Positions 54,701 to 61,817 of a DNA stretch of 64,000 nucleotides are shown here, one piece after another (position 1 is the stretch's first letter; the number at the start of each line of letters is the position of its first letter). Made by a program: the position numbers and the translations under genes. Source of the stretch: Chitinophagales bacterium (GTDB taxonomy: Bacteria > Bacteroidota > Bacteroidia > Chitinophagales > JANQFB01); the NCBI GenBank assembly GCA_028278085.1, contig JANQFB010000055.1, positions 3,806 to 67,805 of the forward strand. The letters run 5' to 3'. Under the pieces are notes generated by a model. That model had not been told where the DNA came from. It ran no database searches and saw only the letters and a program-made list of their open reading frames with translations.

Positions 54701-55291
54701 TGTATAGGCAAAAGTTGACGCACAAACAGTATTGGTATTGGTATAATAATAGCTGGTACCGCTGAAACCTGCAGGCGTAAAATAGATCTGGTCATTACCG
54801 GTAAAACAGGTATTGTTGAAACAGGTTTCAACGATCAGGTTGGAAATGCCGTCCCAATAAAATGGGCTGGTCAGCGTGTGAATATTCCAACCTACACTAT
54901 CGGTATGATCCTGCGGGCCCCAAACGGTTGATAAGCCGGTCTCGAAGTTATTGGTCAGGATGTCGACCGAGGTCAGCTTCATCTTGATGGTAAAATCATC
55001 CAGCGGAACCAATGATCCGCAATCACCGACACTTGTATTGGTCGCGAAGACATTGAATGCAAAAGTGGTAATGTCGCCAGGGGCCATACCTGCTGCTGCC
55101 AGTTCCGAGGCACGGATAAGGACCTGGTGCTTGGCGCCGTTGAACCAGTTCCCATAAGGGGAAGGGAACATAAAGCTACTGCTGATATTGGACCCATTGC
55201 CGATAAATACCGTATCGGTAGCCTGGCCAAACAGGGATACGGATACGAATAAGGCTATGATCAAAGCTGAGAGGTTTCGGGATTTTTTCAT
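51716..55291 (-). CDS. Multi-PKD / GEVED-domain protein with T9SS type-A sorting domain
   Basis: Signal peptide. At least five PKD motifs ('WDFGDGNT', 'WNFGDGNT', 'WEWDFGDGNT', 'WLWDFGDST', 'WNFGDGNS'). GEVED-like 'GQIEDYSV' and 'GQVEDYTV'. The tail is 'LRIYPNPTQGQLNL...GIYLVKI'. Confidence 0.85.
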   Translation of the reverse strand: MKKSRNLSALIIALFVSVSLFGQATDTVFIGNGSNISSSFMFPSPYGNWFNGAKHQVLIRASELAAAGMAPGDITTFAFNVFATNTSVGDCGSLVPLDDFTIKMKLTSVDILTNNFETGLSTVWGPQDHTDSVGWNIHTLTSPFYWDGISNLIVETCFNNTCFTGNDQIYFTPAGFSGTSYYYTNTNTVCASTFAYTPTVNRPDMRFESDPASIPPVTSFGVDQLESCSGTFTFMDFTAGDIDQRMWDFGDGNTDTVANPTHAYATPGTYTVTLITHNAFGYDTLVRTDFVEYRSSLGIPYQQPFPNGSSDLDDFIVIENTESEVRVTSVAAKTGPDGLAMGGNTFASWITPSQGNEFTTNPEHLASASLCIDATSATSLGLIFDLKLIYQYVDNYTNFRVTVDGNQIGNTYQPQGITSDWITQNLDLSAYVGGVVEIKFESSCRYAYDNGGPDMGNGVYIDNIVVKQITDPPVADFTVSDTLACNGSLTVNFEDRSVDFPDTWLWNFGDGNTSNLQNPVHTYISTGVYTVTLTASNQHGQNTMTKTDLIEVTNASPAAASCIPNNGYFNDAGIYQVQVDSTFEHNSGNGIEGYQDYVCTQIITITAGVPTPIKVVTGPTYDEYVRAWIDFDNNGVFDDPAEMVFDSEPKRVTHLGTLMLPQNVTYNTLLRMRVMSEWGFGVPPTPCGNITTGQIEDYSVIIEENMLPPEAGFSGTPLNTCSGLVKFSDNSFNFPTSWEWDFGDGNTSNQENPSHTYAFPDTGSYTVSLIVCNPYGCDTIVLDKYVDFNYGAADPNCVPAVVNAIPNVGIFEVHLNTIHNVTLDGMQEGYYDQACTNTKTTLIEGVSYDISILTGTLLNENVRVWIDYDNSLDFDPVTELVLASDDKFIYHDGNFTVPSGTVHDIPIRMRVASTSDLLMTPDPCATTFDGQVEDYTVTVISNQIPPITSFESENIGNCTGEMQFTDKSINQASSWLWDFGDSTTSNVQHPVHTYSVPGHYDVTLITTNTHGSDTLVESVLVAFNYADFLITPNPVQVGEPVSFTNKSYDYDELDWNFGDGNSSSLVHPDHVYTETGAYNVRLTVENDEGCSHFKVAAVQVADLTGIGAPAAVNELRIYPNPTQGQLNLSYRFEGQGDISLSVINVLGETMLQSQHTESFDITVNMSAWAKGIYLVKIVQGKEQLIRKIELY

Positions 55292-55547
55292 TCGTATATA
55301 GATTTAATAGGACGAAGGTTTATCGCACGGATAAAATTTTCATTGATTTTTTTCGCTGTCCGGATGAGTATTCGATGGCTTTCGATAATCCGGCAGGTAA
55401 CTTTCAAATTTAACGCTTCGATACTTAAAATACAAATATTGACGGCTAAAATTCACGGTATGAAAAGCTTTCAGGCCGTTTGTTAATTTTAAGATCCGAT
55501 CTTTTTTTTGTTTTTTCGATCGAAAAAATATTGCGGAGTGTTGGAAA

Positions 55548-55637
55548 AAGTAGGCAGTCCAAGAGTAGGCAGTGGGCAGTGGGCAAATACTTTCAGACTT
55601 GCCCAACTGCCCACTGCCTACTGCTTCCTGCCTACTT
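55548..55637. repeat. 90-nt imperfect palindrome built from heptamer repeats (AGTRGGC / GCCYACT)
   Basis: The inner arms are 55564-55586 (AGTAGGCAGTGGGCAGTGGGCAA) and 55599-55622 (TTGCCCAACTGCCCACTGCCTACT), which pair with a 1-nt bulge and a 12-nt loop. The outer arms are AAGTAGGCAG (55548-55557) and CTGCCTACTT (55628-55637). Confidence 0.8.
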
Positions 55638-55771
55638 AATCACTGCCAACTAAACACCCACCAAAGCGCCACATGATCACTTATTCACGCAATTTGGTAT
55701 ATACTGGCATAAACAAAAACCGGCACGATAATTGAAATTGAAAAAATCAGCCCTGCCCAAAGGCTATCTGT

Positions 55772-55790
55772 TAAATTTGTGGTAAATTTG
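55772..55790 (+). promoter_or_regulatory. Two candidate -7 promoter boxes (TAAATTTG x2)
   Basis: 'TAAATTTG' occurs at 55772-55779 and 55783-55790. The second ends 17 nt upstream of the DUF547 ATG at 55808. Confidence 0.35.
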
Positions 55791-55807
55791 AGCATAACCC
55801 GTTCCCT

Positions 55808-56539
55808 ATGAAACCTTTCATCCTAATCGTTCTGCTGCAGCTAGCGCTGTTCGGGACTTTTGCAGACAACAACAATACTTCCGTCAACTTTTTCCAGGCT
55901 GCCGATGCATTCCTGGCTAAAAACATATCCGACGGCCGTGTGGATTATAAAGGGATCAAACAAAAGCCACAGGAACTGAATAACCTGTTGGAATTGATCG
56001 CCAAGTATGACCTGGAAAAACAGCCGGCCAATACCCAAAAGGCTTTCTGGATCAATGCCTATAATATTTTGGTCATCAAAGGTATCATCAATCACTTCCC
56101 GGTGAAATCACCCATGGATATCAAAGGATTTTTCGATACGGAAAAAAGGTCCGCCGCGGGTCGCCAGATCACCCTCAACGATATTGAAAACAAAATGATA
56201 CGGCCGGTGTACAACGATGCCCGGATCCATTTCGTCCTGGTTTGTGCCGCAATCGGCTGTCCCCAAATTGTCAACTTCGCCTATATGCCCGAAAAGCTGG
56301 ATGCCCAGTTGGAAAAGCAAACCCGGATGGCCATGAACGATCCTCAATTTATTCGGGTGAATACCGCTGAAAAAAAGCTGGATGTTTCGGAGATCTTCAA
56401 ATGGTATAAAGAAGATTTTGCCGTGGACGGGAATAGCATCCGGGATTATGTGAATCAGTACAGGGATCAAAAAGTCCCGGCTGACTATGCTTTCGGCTTC
56501 TATACCTACGACTGGAACCTGAACATAAAAAAAAAGTAG
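55808..56539 (+). CDS. DUF547 domain protein (secreted)
   Basis: Signal peptide 'LIVLLQLALFGTFA'. Contains 'KAFWINAYN', 'RIHFVLVCAAIGCP' and 'IFKWYKEDF'. It ends '...YDWNLNIKKK*', at the same relative point as the paralog at 60692..61492. Confidence 0.8.
   Translation: MKPFILIVLLQLALFGTFADNNNTSVNFFQAADAFLAKNISDGRVDYKGIKQKPQELNNLLELIAKYDLEKQPANTQKAFWINAYNILVIKGIINHFPVKSPMDIKGFFDTEKRSAAGRQITLNDIENKMIRPVYNDARIHFVLVCAAIGCPQIVNFAYMPEKLDAQLEKQTRMAMNDPQFIRVNTAEKKLDVSEIFKWYKEDFAVDGNSIRDYVNQYRDQKVPADYAFGFYTYDWNLNIKKK
56530..56536 (+). promoter_or_regulatory. Candidate -1 frameshift slippery heptamer A_AAA_AAG (inside an A9 run) immediately before the DUF547 stop
   Basis: The zero-frame codons are ATA AAA AAA AAG TAG. 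Slipping -1 on A_AAA_AAG reads GTA GCC CGG..., which is the 284-codon open frame that follows. Confidence 0.35.
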
Positions 56540-57390
56540 CCCGGGAGAAAGCCGACAGTCTTTCCGTTGCGATCAATCTTCAGGCTTATACCCCATCCGT
56601 ACTGCTGAAACCGGATCAGTGGGAAGCTAAGCTCTTTAACAACCTATATACCCAAACACAGGTCTTCAATGCTTCCGGAGCCAGGATCGATGCCAATGCC
56701 CGGGGCACTTATTTCAGCGGGATCTACCAGTTCCTGTACGGACTGGATCCCTCGGTAAATATCGGTTTTGACCTGTGGCTGAAATCCGTTCGGATCGATC
56801 AGCCGGGCAGTTCTCCTTTTGATCTTTTCCGTTTTGAAATCAGCACGAATACCCGAACCGCCATATCCGGCTGGGGGCCCAAGATCAAAATAGCGCCCTT
56901 TAAAAAACTAAACAATCTTTCCATTCAAAGCACCTTATTGTTCCCCATCGCCGGCGACCTCGAAGGCTCGGGTAGCCCGGAAGGTAATAATAATGACAAG
57001 CCCTATCTCGAAGCAGACCGGTATTTGTGGTTGACCCAGCTCTTTTATGACCAGGAACTGGGAACGGATTTCCGGCTTTTTCTGCAATTCGCACCATGGA
57101 TCAACATCGACCGTCAATGGGATTTCGACCAAAGCTACGTTGCCACGCCCTTGAGCGCCTTTTTATCCTTTTTTCCCAACCGGCTTACCACGCTTTACCT
57201 GATGAACGAGATATGGCCCACCTATGGCACGATGTTTATCAGCTCCTATTTCAACCAGTCAGGCCTGGGCGCCAAATACCAGTTGATCCCCGGTAAACTG
57301 GAATTGGAGCTCTTGTATACCCGCTTTATCGTCGGAAAAAACAGCGGCGCCGGTGAAACATACAATTTCGGGATAAGGATTATCAACTAA
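56536..57390 (+). CDS. Start-less ORF, beta-barrel-like protein. It is either a fusion partner of DUF547 (frameshift or A-run length) or a 5'-truncated gene
   Basis: The frame is open from 56485 to 57390, but the first ATG/GTG/TTG is at 56938. The upstream 130 codons look protein-like ('GTYFSGIYQFLYGLDPSVNIGFDLWLKSVRIDQ'). There is no signal peptide. The C-terminus is 'ETYNFGIRIIN'. Confidence 0.4.
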   Translation, partial: VAREKADSLSVAINLQAYTPSVLLKPDQWEAKLFNNLYTQTQVFNASGARIDANARGTYFSGIYQFLYGLDPSVNIGFDLWLKSVRIDQPGSSPFDLFRFEISTNTRTAISGWGPKIKIAPFKKLNNLSIQSTLLFPIAGDLEGSGSPEGNNNDKPYLEADRYLWLTQLFYDQELGTDFRLFLQFAPWINIDRQWDFDQSYVATPLSAFLSFFPNRLTTLYLMNEIWPTYGTMFISSYFNQSGLGAKYQLIPGKLELELLYTRFIVGKNSGAGETYNFGIRIIN

Positions 57391-57617
57391 ACCGGTTGGT
57401 TCATCTCCGCCTGGTCATAATTTCATGGAGTGGTCAAGGAGGATCGTACATAAATGAAAAATCCGAAATGGGATCAAACCCTTGCATGACAGTATTTCCG
57501 GCGTTTCAGGATGGGACCCGGCCCCCGCTTCCTCGATTTACCCTGCCGCTTATCCCGGAATATCGTTACTCCGATCAATAATACATAACAAATATTGACT
57601 ATGCCGCATTAGTTTAA

Positions 57618-57625
57618 TAGATTTG
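57618..57625 (+). promoter_or_regulatory. Candidate -7 promoter box (TAGATTTG)
   Basis: The motif overlaps the track's TTG start at 57623, which argues for the ATG at 57713 as the real start. Confidence 0.3.
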
Positions 57626-57712
57626 TACCATTCATCACATTTTCCTGCCCCGTTCAAATACTTAATAACCCTGCCATTATCAATTAACCGGCTCCAATTT
57701 CAAATCAAAGCT

Positions 57713-60499
57713 ATGGAATCTATCAGCAATAACAAACGAGAGCAAATACTACGGAAACTTACGGCCTATTCTTCACTGGCAGCTACTTTGACCGGTATAA
57801 GCCATGAAACCAAAGGTGCAGTTATATACACGGATATCGATCCTGATTCCGTATTCATGCAATCCGGCGACGCTTACGAGCTTGACATTAACCACGATAA
57901 TACACCCGATTTTAAGCTCAGCATGTATTATCATTCCAACACCTATTCCTATTGGCTGGTCAGTAAATACATATCCATCGAAGGATTGAATTCCAATGAG
58001 GTCATCGGTCACTTTTCATCCTCGATGAATCCTTGCAGTTCACAATTCTCCGCCTATATGGCCGATAAGCTCAGCAGCGGGGTACTGATCGATAGTGGCC
58101 AGAATTGGGAGTCCGGCAATAACAGGCTCACCAATATCTTTGCCCATTCCCTATGCAGCACTAATGTTAATATGGGTTCCTGGCTGGGCGAACAGGATCA
58201 ATATCTCGGATTGAAAATTTTGGTGAACGGACAAGCCTATTACGGCTGGGCCAGGCTCGATGTAGCTGCTGACAGTAAATCCTTTACCCTTAAAGATTAT
58301 GCCTACGAAAACGCTCAAGGCATGCCCATACCGGCGGGCGCATTGTCTTCCCCATATCCTTTCCCGGCTACATCGGTTGTCGCTAATGACATCGACAATT
58401 TCGGTGACGGCAGGGATATGGAGATCCGTTTCGATAAAGTCATGGATGAAAATACCATAGATCATTACCGGGTTATGGTCGTAAAAAGCGCTAATCTCGC
58501 ATCCTTCGACCTGGCTACGGCCGGTGCCGTTCCCGGGGGTAATTACACTCACATCGCCAAAACCGGCGTCAATATCGTTGACACGCTATCCGCCGGAAGC
58601 CTGGACGTAGACGGAGATCCCATCACGACCGGGGTGCCTTATAAAGTATTGGTATTAAGTGTCGGCGACGGTATTATTTCAACCGGTAATACCTTGTCCT
58701 TACCTTCTAATGATATAACCCTGGGAATACCGGCAGATCCGGTGATGAACATCCAGGTGGCGGATGTGGGTGATACCGGAGACGGTCGCGACCTCCAAGT
58801 AAGTTTCGATAAAGCACCGGATGAGAATAAGGTTGCCGGCTACCGGGCCGTGGTGGTAAAATCTCCGGATACCTTGAACTTCGATATGGCTGTCGCCAGG
58901 CAGGCCTTTACCAACGGGTTTTATAAGGATATTGCCAAAACGGGCGCTGACATCAGCATTACCCTTGCTGCCAGTACCAGAGACATCGATGGTGATACCG
59001 TTGGAACGGCCATCCCTTACAAGTTATACATTATTACCATGGCAGATGGGATCAATGCAAATGTCGATGTATTAGCCGGACCATCCCCGGAGATCACTTT
59101 ACAAACGATCTCCTCACCGGTCGACAGTATTATGGCTTTTGATATCGGAGACAATGGAGATGCTTCGGACCTACAGGTTACCTTCGACAAAGCTCCCGAC
59201 GAATCCAGGGTAAAATGGTACGATATTTATGTGGTTAAGTCTGCCAATGCCGGTAGTTTCGACAAAAATGCAGCTTATGCCGCCCAGGATTTTAGCCGGG
59301 CTTATAAAACAGGTTCGAATATCAATTATGTATTACCCTGGTATGAAAGGGATACGGACGGAGACAATATTCACATGGGCCAGCCCTATAAAGTTTTTGT
59401 TTTGTCTGTGGCCGATGGGTCTTATGCCACTATCGATACACTTTCCGGACCATCCAATGAGATCATATTGACCACTAATTCACCGGATAGTGTCAAAAAT
59501 ATCATGCCAAGCGATGTGGCCAATTATTTTGATGGCCGGGACATCAAGGTTACTTTTGATAAAGTAAACGATGAAAGTGAGATCGGGGAATACCGCTTAT
59601 TTATGACGACATCTTTTGATGCGCCGTTCGTTGACCTGAACTACGCAAACAATCTCAGCCCCTCTCAATATAAGGTCGTTCCAAAAACAGGCAATAATTT
59701 ATCCGTTCAACTGGATTCCACCTTTAAGACCGGCAGTGGTGCTTCCATCCAAGGCTATACAAACTATAATATTTTTGTCCTATCCGTTGCAGATGGCGTA
59801 AATACCACGAGTAATCAACTATCCTCACCCTCCCCTACTTTTGAATTAACCGATAACGGGTCTGCTAACCCGGTAACCATTACTAATGTACAAGATGCTA
59901 CGGACTTTCATGATGGAAGGGACCTGGTGGTCAGTTTTAACAAAGCCGATGCGGAAGAAGATATCGAAACATACCGGATCATTGTGGTTCCAACAGCGAA
60001 TGCAGCAACATTTACTTTAGCAGATGCCGAAGCGCTGGCCTCCGATCGTTATTATGAAGCTGCTAAAACCGGTCAAAATATCATGACTAACCTGGATGAC
60101 CAGGTAAAAGACTCGGAAGGTAATGCCATTGTCGAACAAACAGCCTACCAGCTATTTGTTTATTCCGTGCCCGACACTTTCAAGATAGCTTCAGGAGCGC
60201 TTTCTTTACCTTCCCAGGAGATTGCCTTATCATCGGTGACCGGTTATCGTAATTTAAATAAAGGGGTACAGGCTCCGGAGATCTTTGCCAGCGGCAGGTC
60301 GGTAACCGTTCGCAGCAGGCATTCGGACCTGGTACCAGAATCTTTAACGATCTGGAATGCTATGGGGCAGCAAGTTTATCAAACCTATTCCATTGGCGCC
60401 ATACAGACCATCGATCTGTCCCATGCAGCAAGCGGTATGTACATTGTTCAAGTGCGATGGAAAGGGTTTGATGTTCAGCGAAAGGTAATTCTGCATTAA
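57713..60499 (+). CDS. Repeat-containing surface protein with T9SS type-A sorting domain
   Basis: N-terminal 'KLTAYSSLAATLTGIS...VIYTDIDPD' and '...YYGWARLDV'. Five units of about 125 aa. The tail is 'LTIWNAMGQQVYQ...ASGMYIVQVRW'. Confidence 0.8.
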   Translation: MESISNNKREQILRKLTAYSSLAATLTGISHETKGAVIYTDIDPDSVFMQSGDAYELDINHDNTPDFKLSMYYHSNTYSYWLVSKYISIEGLNSNEVIGHFSSSMNPCSSQFSAYMADKLSSGVLIDSGQNWESGNNRLTNIFAHSLCSTNVNMGSWLGEQDQYLGLKILVNGQAYYGWARLDVAADSKSFTLKDYAYENAQGMPIPAGALSSPYPFPATSVVANDIDNFGDGRDMEIRFDKVMDENTIDHYRVMVVKSANLASFDLATAGAVPGGNYTHIAKTGVNIVDTLSAGSLDVDGDPITTGVPYKVLVLSVGDGIISTGNTLSLPSNDITLGIPADPVMNIQVADVGDTGDGRDLQVSFDKAPDENKVAGYRAVVVKSPDTLNFDMAVARQAFTNGFYKDIAKTGADISITLAASTRDIDGDTVGTAIPYKLYIITMADGINANVDVLAGPSPEITLQTISSPVDSIMAFDIGDNGDASDLQVTFDKAPDESRVKWYDIYVVKSANAGSFDKNAAYAAQDFSRAYKTGSNINYVLPWYERDTDGDNIHMGQPYKVFVLSVADGSYATIDTLSGPSNEIILTTNSPDSVKNIMPSDVANYFDGRDIKVTFDKVNDESEIGEYRLFMTTSFDAPFVDLNYANNLSPSQYKVVPKTGNNLSVQLDSTFKTGSGASIQGYTNYNIFVLSVADGVNTTSNQLSSPSPTFELTDNGSANPVTITNVQDATDFHDGRDLVVSFNKADAEEDIETYRIIVVPTANAATFTLADAEALASDRYYEAAKTGQNIMTNLDDQVKDSEGNAIVEQTAYQLFVYSVPDTFKIASGALSLPSQEIALSSVTGYRNLNKGVQAPEIFASGRSVTVRSRHSDLVPESLTIWNAMGQQVYQTYSIGAIQTIDLSHAASGMYIVQVRWKGFDVQRKVILH
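58367..60240 (+). repeat. Five tandem coding repeats of about 372-381 nt (about 125 aa)
   Basis: The core motif 'GDGRD(L/M)x(V/I)xF(D/N)K..DE..(I/V)..YR..VVKS' recurs at about 58403, 58778, 59156, 59528 and 59909. Array boundaries are approximate. Confidence 0.75.
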
Positions 60500-60559
60500 C
60501 AGCACTTTAAAGGCTAATTGACAAAAATTTGACGGATGTATCTGTTAACCCATTATCTT

Positions 60560-60597
60560 TTATCCGTGTCACCCGACTAAGGAGGGGACACGGATAA
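60560..60597. terminator. Hairpin between convergent genes
   Basis: A perfect 11-bp stem, TTATCCGTGTC with GACACGGATAA, and a 16-nt loop. Confidence 0.45.
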
Positions 60598-60617
60598 ATG
60601 GTAACACCGCGAATGTA

Positions 60618-60662
60618 TTATATGCAGGGTCTCCGCCAACCGGCGGATGACCCTGCATATAA
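60618..60662. terminator. Long GC-rich hairpin between convergent genes (likely bidirectional terminator)
   Basis: The outer 14-bp stem is TTATATGCAGGGTC with GACCCTGCATATAA. The inner 6-bp stem is TCCGCC with GGCGGA around an AACC loop. There is a one-nt bulge. Confidence 0.6.
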
Positions 60663-60691
60663 AGTAGGGGGCGTCGAAATGTGGCGATCTA

Positions 60692-61492
60692 TCACTGTCC
60701 ATTCAACCGCCAGTCGTATTCCAAATATCCTATCATTGCGGTGGATTCAATTTTAATCCTACTGTACTGGTTCAAATAGCCCGGCAAAGAAAGGTCATGC
60801 GTAAAGTCCCCCTCATACCAACCAAATATTTTCGATAGGTTCACGGCCATGGCACCGATCTGATTTTTGGCCGGATCATTGATAAAATCCCTGGCCTGAT
60901 CTTCCAATTGATGATCCAGCTTTGTAGCAGTATAGGCTTCATTTCTCAACTTGGGGCAGGACATCGCCGCACACACCAGGGCAAAATGGATCCGGGGTTC
61001 ATTAAAATGGCTGCGGATCATTCCATGCTCGATATCATTCAGGTCCATCAATTGTCCGTTGATCCGGATAAACCTGATATCCCAGGCGGAATAAACAAAG
61101 GGGATATTAAAAGGCAGGATCTTTTTGATCCCGTAATAAGGATCGAATCGTATGATCAGTTGTATGGTAAAGGCATTATAGGCATTGATCCAGTAGGCCA
61201 GGATCTCTTTGTTCGTCCAGTTTCTTGGGTTCGGAGCATGCTGCGACAAAAGATCCAGGTAACGGTTCAGGTTGACGCTGTCCCGGGCAAAGCCTTCATA
61301 ATCGACCATACCGGCATCATCGACGTAGGTTTTTAACAAGCTATCCCAAACCTGGTGGGAAATGGGATGGCTGCCCGGATCCGGGTCGGGCCGGTCAAAA
61401 CAAGCCGAAAAGCCGGCAGACAGCAGGATAATACTCCACCCGATGATTGGGGTACGAAACAACATATTCCTTAAACAATGGATCGACGCCAA
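60692..61492 (-). CDS. DUF547 domain lipoprotein (paralog of 55808..56539)
   Basis: Lipobox 'LSAGFSAC'. Contains 'ILAYWINAYN', 'RIHFALVCAAMSCP' and 'IFGWYEGDF'. The ATG at 61465 is an alternative start. Confidence 0.8.
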   Translation of the reverse strand: MASIHCLRNMLFRTPIIGWSIILLSAGFSACFDRPDPDPGSHPISHQVWDSLLKTYVDDAGMVDYEGFARDSVNLNRYLDLLSQHAPNPRNWTNKEILAYWINAYNAFTIQLIIRFDPYYGIKKILPFNIPFVYSAWDIRFIRINGQLMDLNDIEHGMIRSHFNEPRIHFALVCAAMSCPKLRNEAYTATKLDHQLEDQARDFINDPAKNQIGAMAVNLSKIFGWYEGDFTHDLSLPGYLNQYSRIKIESTAMIGYLEYDWRLNGQ

Positions 61493-61537
61493 ATGTTCGG
61501 CAAGCAGGTTGATGGCTGCAGGGAAAGTATAAAAACC

Positions 61538-61738
61538 CTAAGCGTTTTTTTTGTTTTTTTGGCCGATCTTGCTGACCAATACACCCACAATAATACCGAA
61601 TGTAGGGCCAGCCGCCAGGCCGATCTCGACCTGATCGAAGTAAATTCCCAAACCAATCGAGATCACAACAGGAGTAGTCATAGCCAGGCCGATCAGCGTA
61701 CCGCGCAACATCGATCCTTTTCCGGGGTGGTCAGGCAT
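61538..61738 (-). CDS. Small glycine-zipper membrane protein (hypothetical)
   Basis: 66 aa from the ATG at 61738, with two hydrophobic Gly-rich segments ('GTLIGLAMTTPVVISIGLGI' and 'GLAAGPTFGIIVGVLV'). No recognisable family. Confidence 0.35.
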   Translation of the reverse strand: MPDHPGKGSMLRGTLIGLAMTTPVVISIGLGIYFDQVEIGLAAGPTFGIIVGVLVSKIGQKNKKNA

Positions 61739-61817
61739 AGTTTTAATAATCTTATGATTTGACCCCGCAAAATTAAGGAAATCAACCCACAAAATCCGTA
61801 TCCCTTGATATCCGGGT

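Noticed and set aside
55340-55606. An 88-aa minus-strand ORF in the divergent intergenic region.
   Set aside because: Its 5' end is generated by the heptamer palindrome. The rest is low-complexity, Lys/Phe-rich sequence across poly-T/poly-A tracts, and it has no supporting motif.
57396-57581. A 61-aa ORF between the barrel-like ORF and the repeat protein.
   Set aside because: It is short, has no motif, is Pro/Gly/Arg-rich, and lies in a probable promoter region.
57623-57712. The TTG start proposed by the ORF track for the 958-aa repeat protein.
   Set aside because: The TTG lies inside a TAGATTTG promoter-like box. The added 30 aa are not signal-like. The ATG at 57713 is preferred, although it is not proven.
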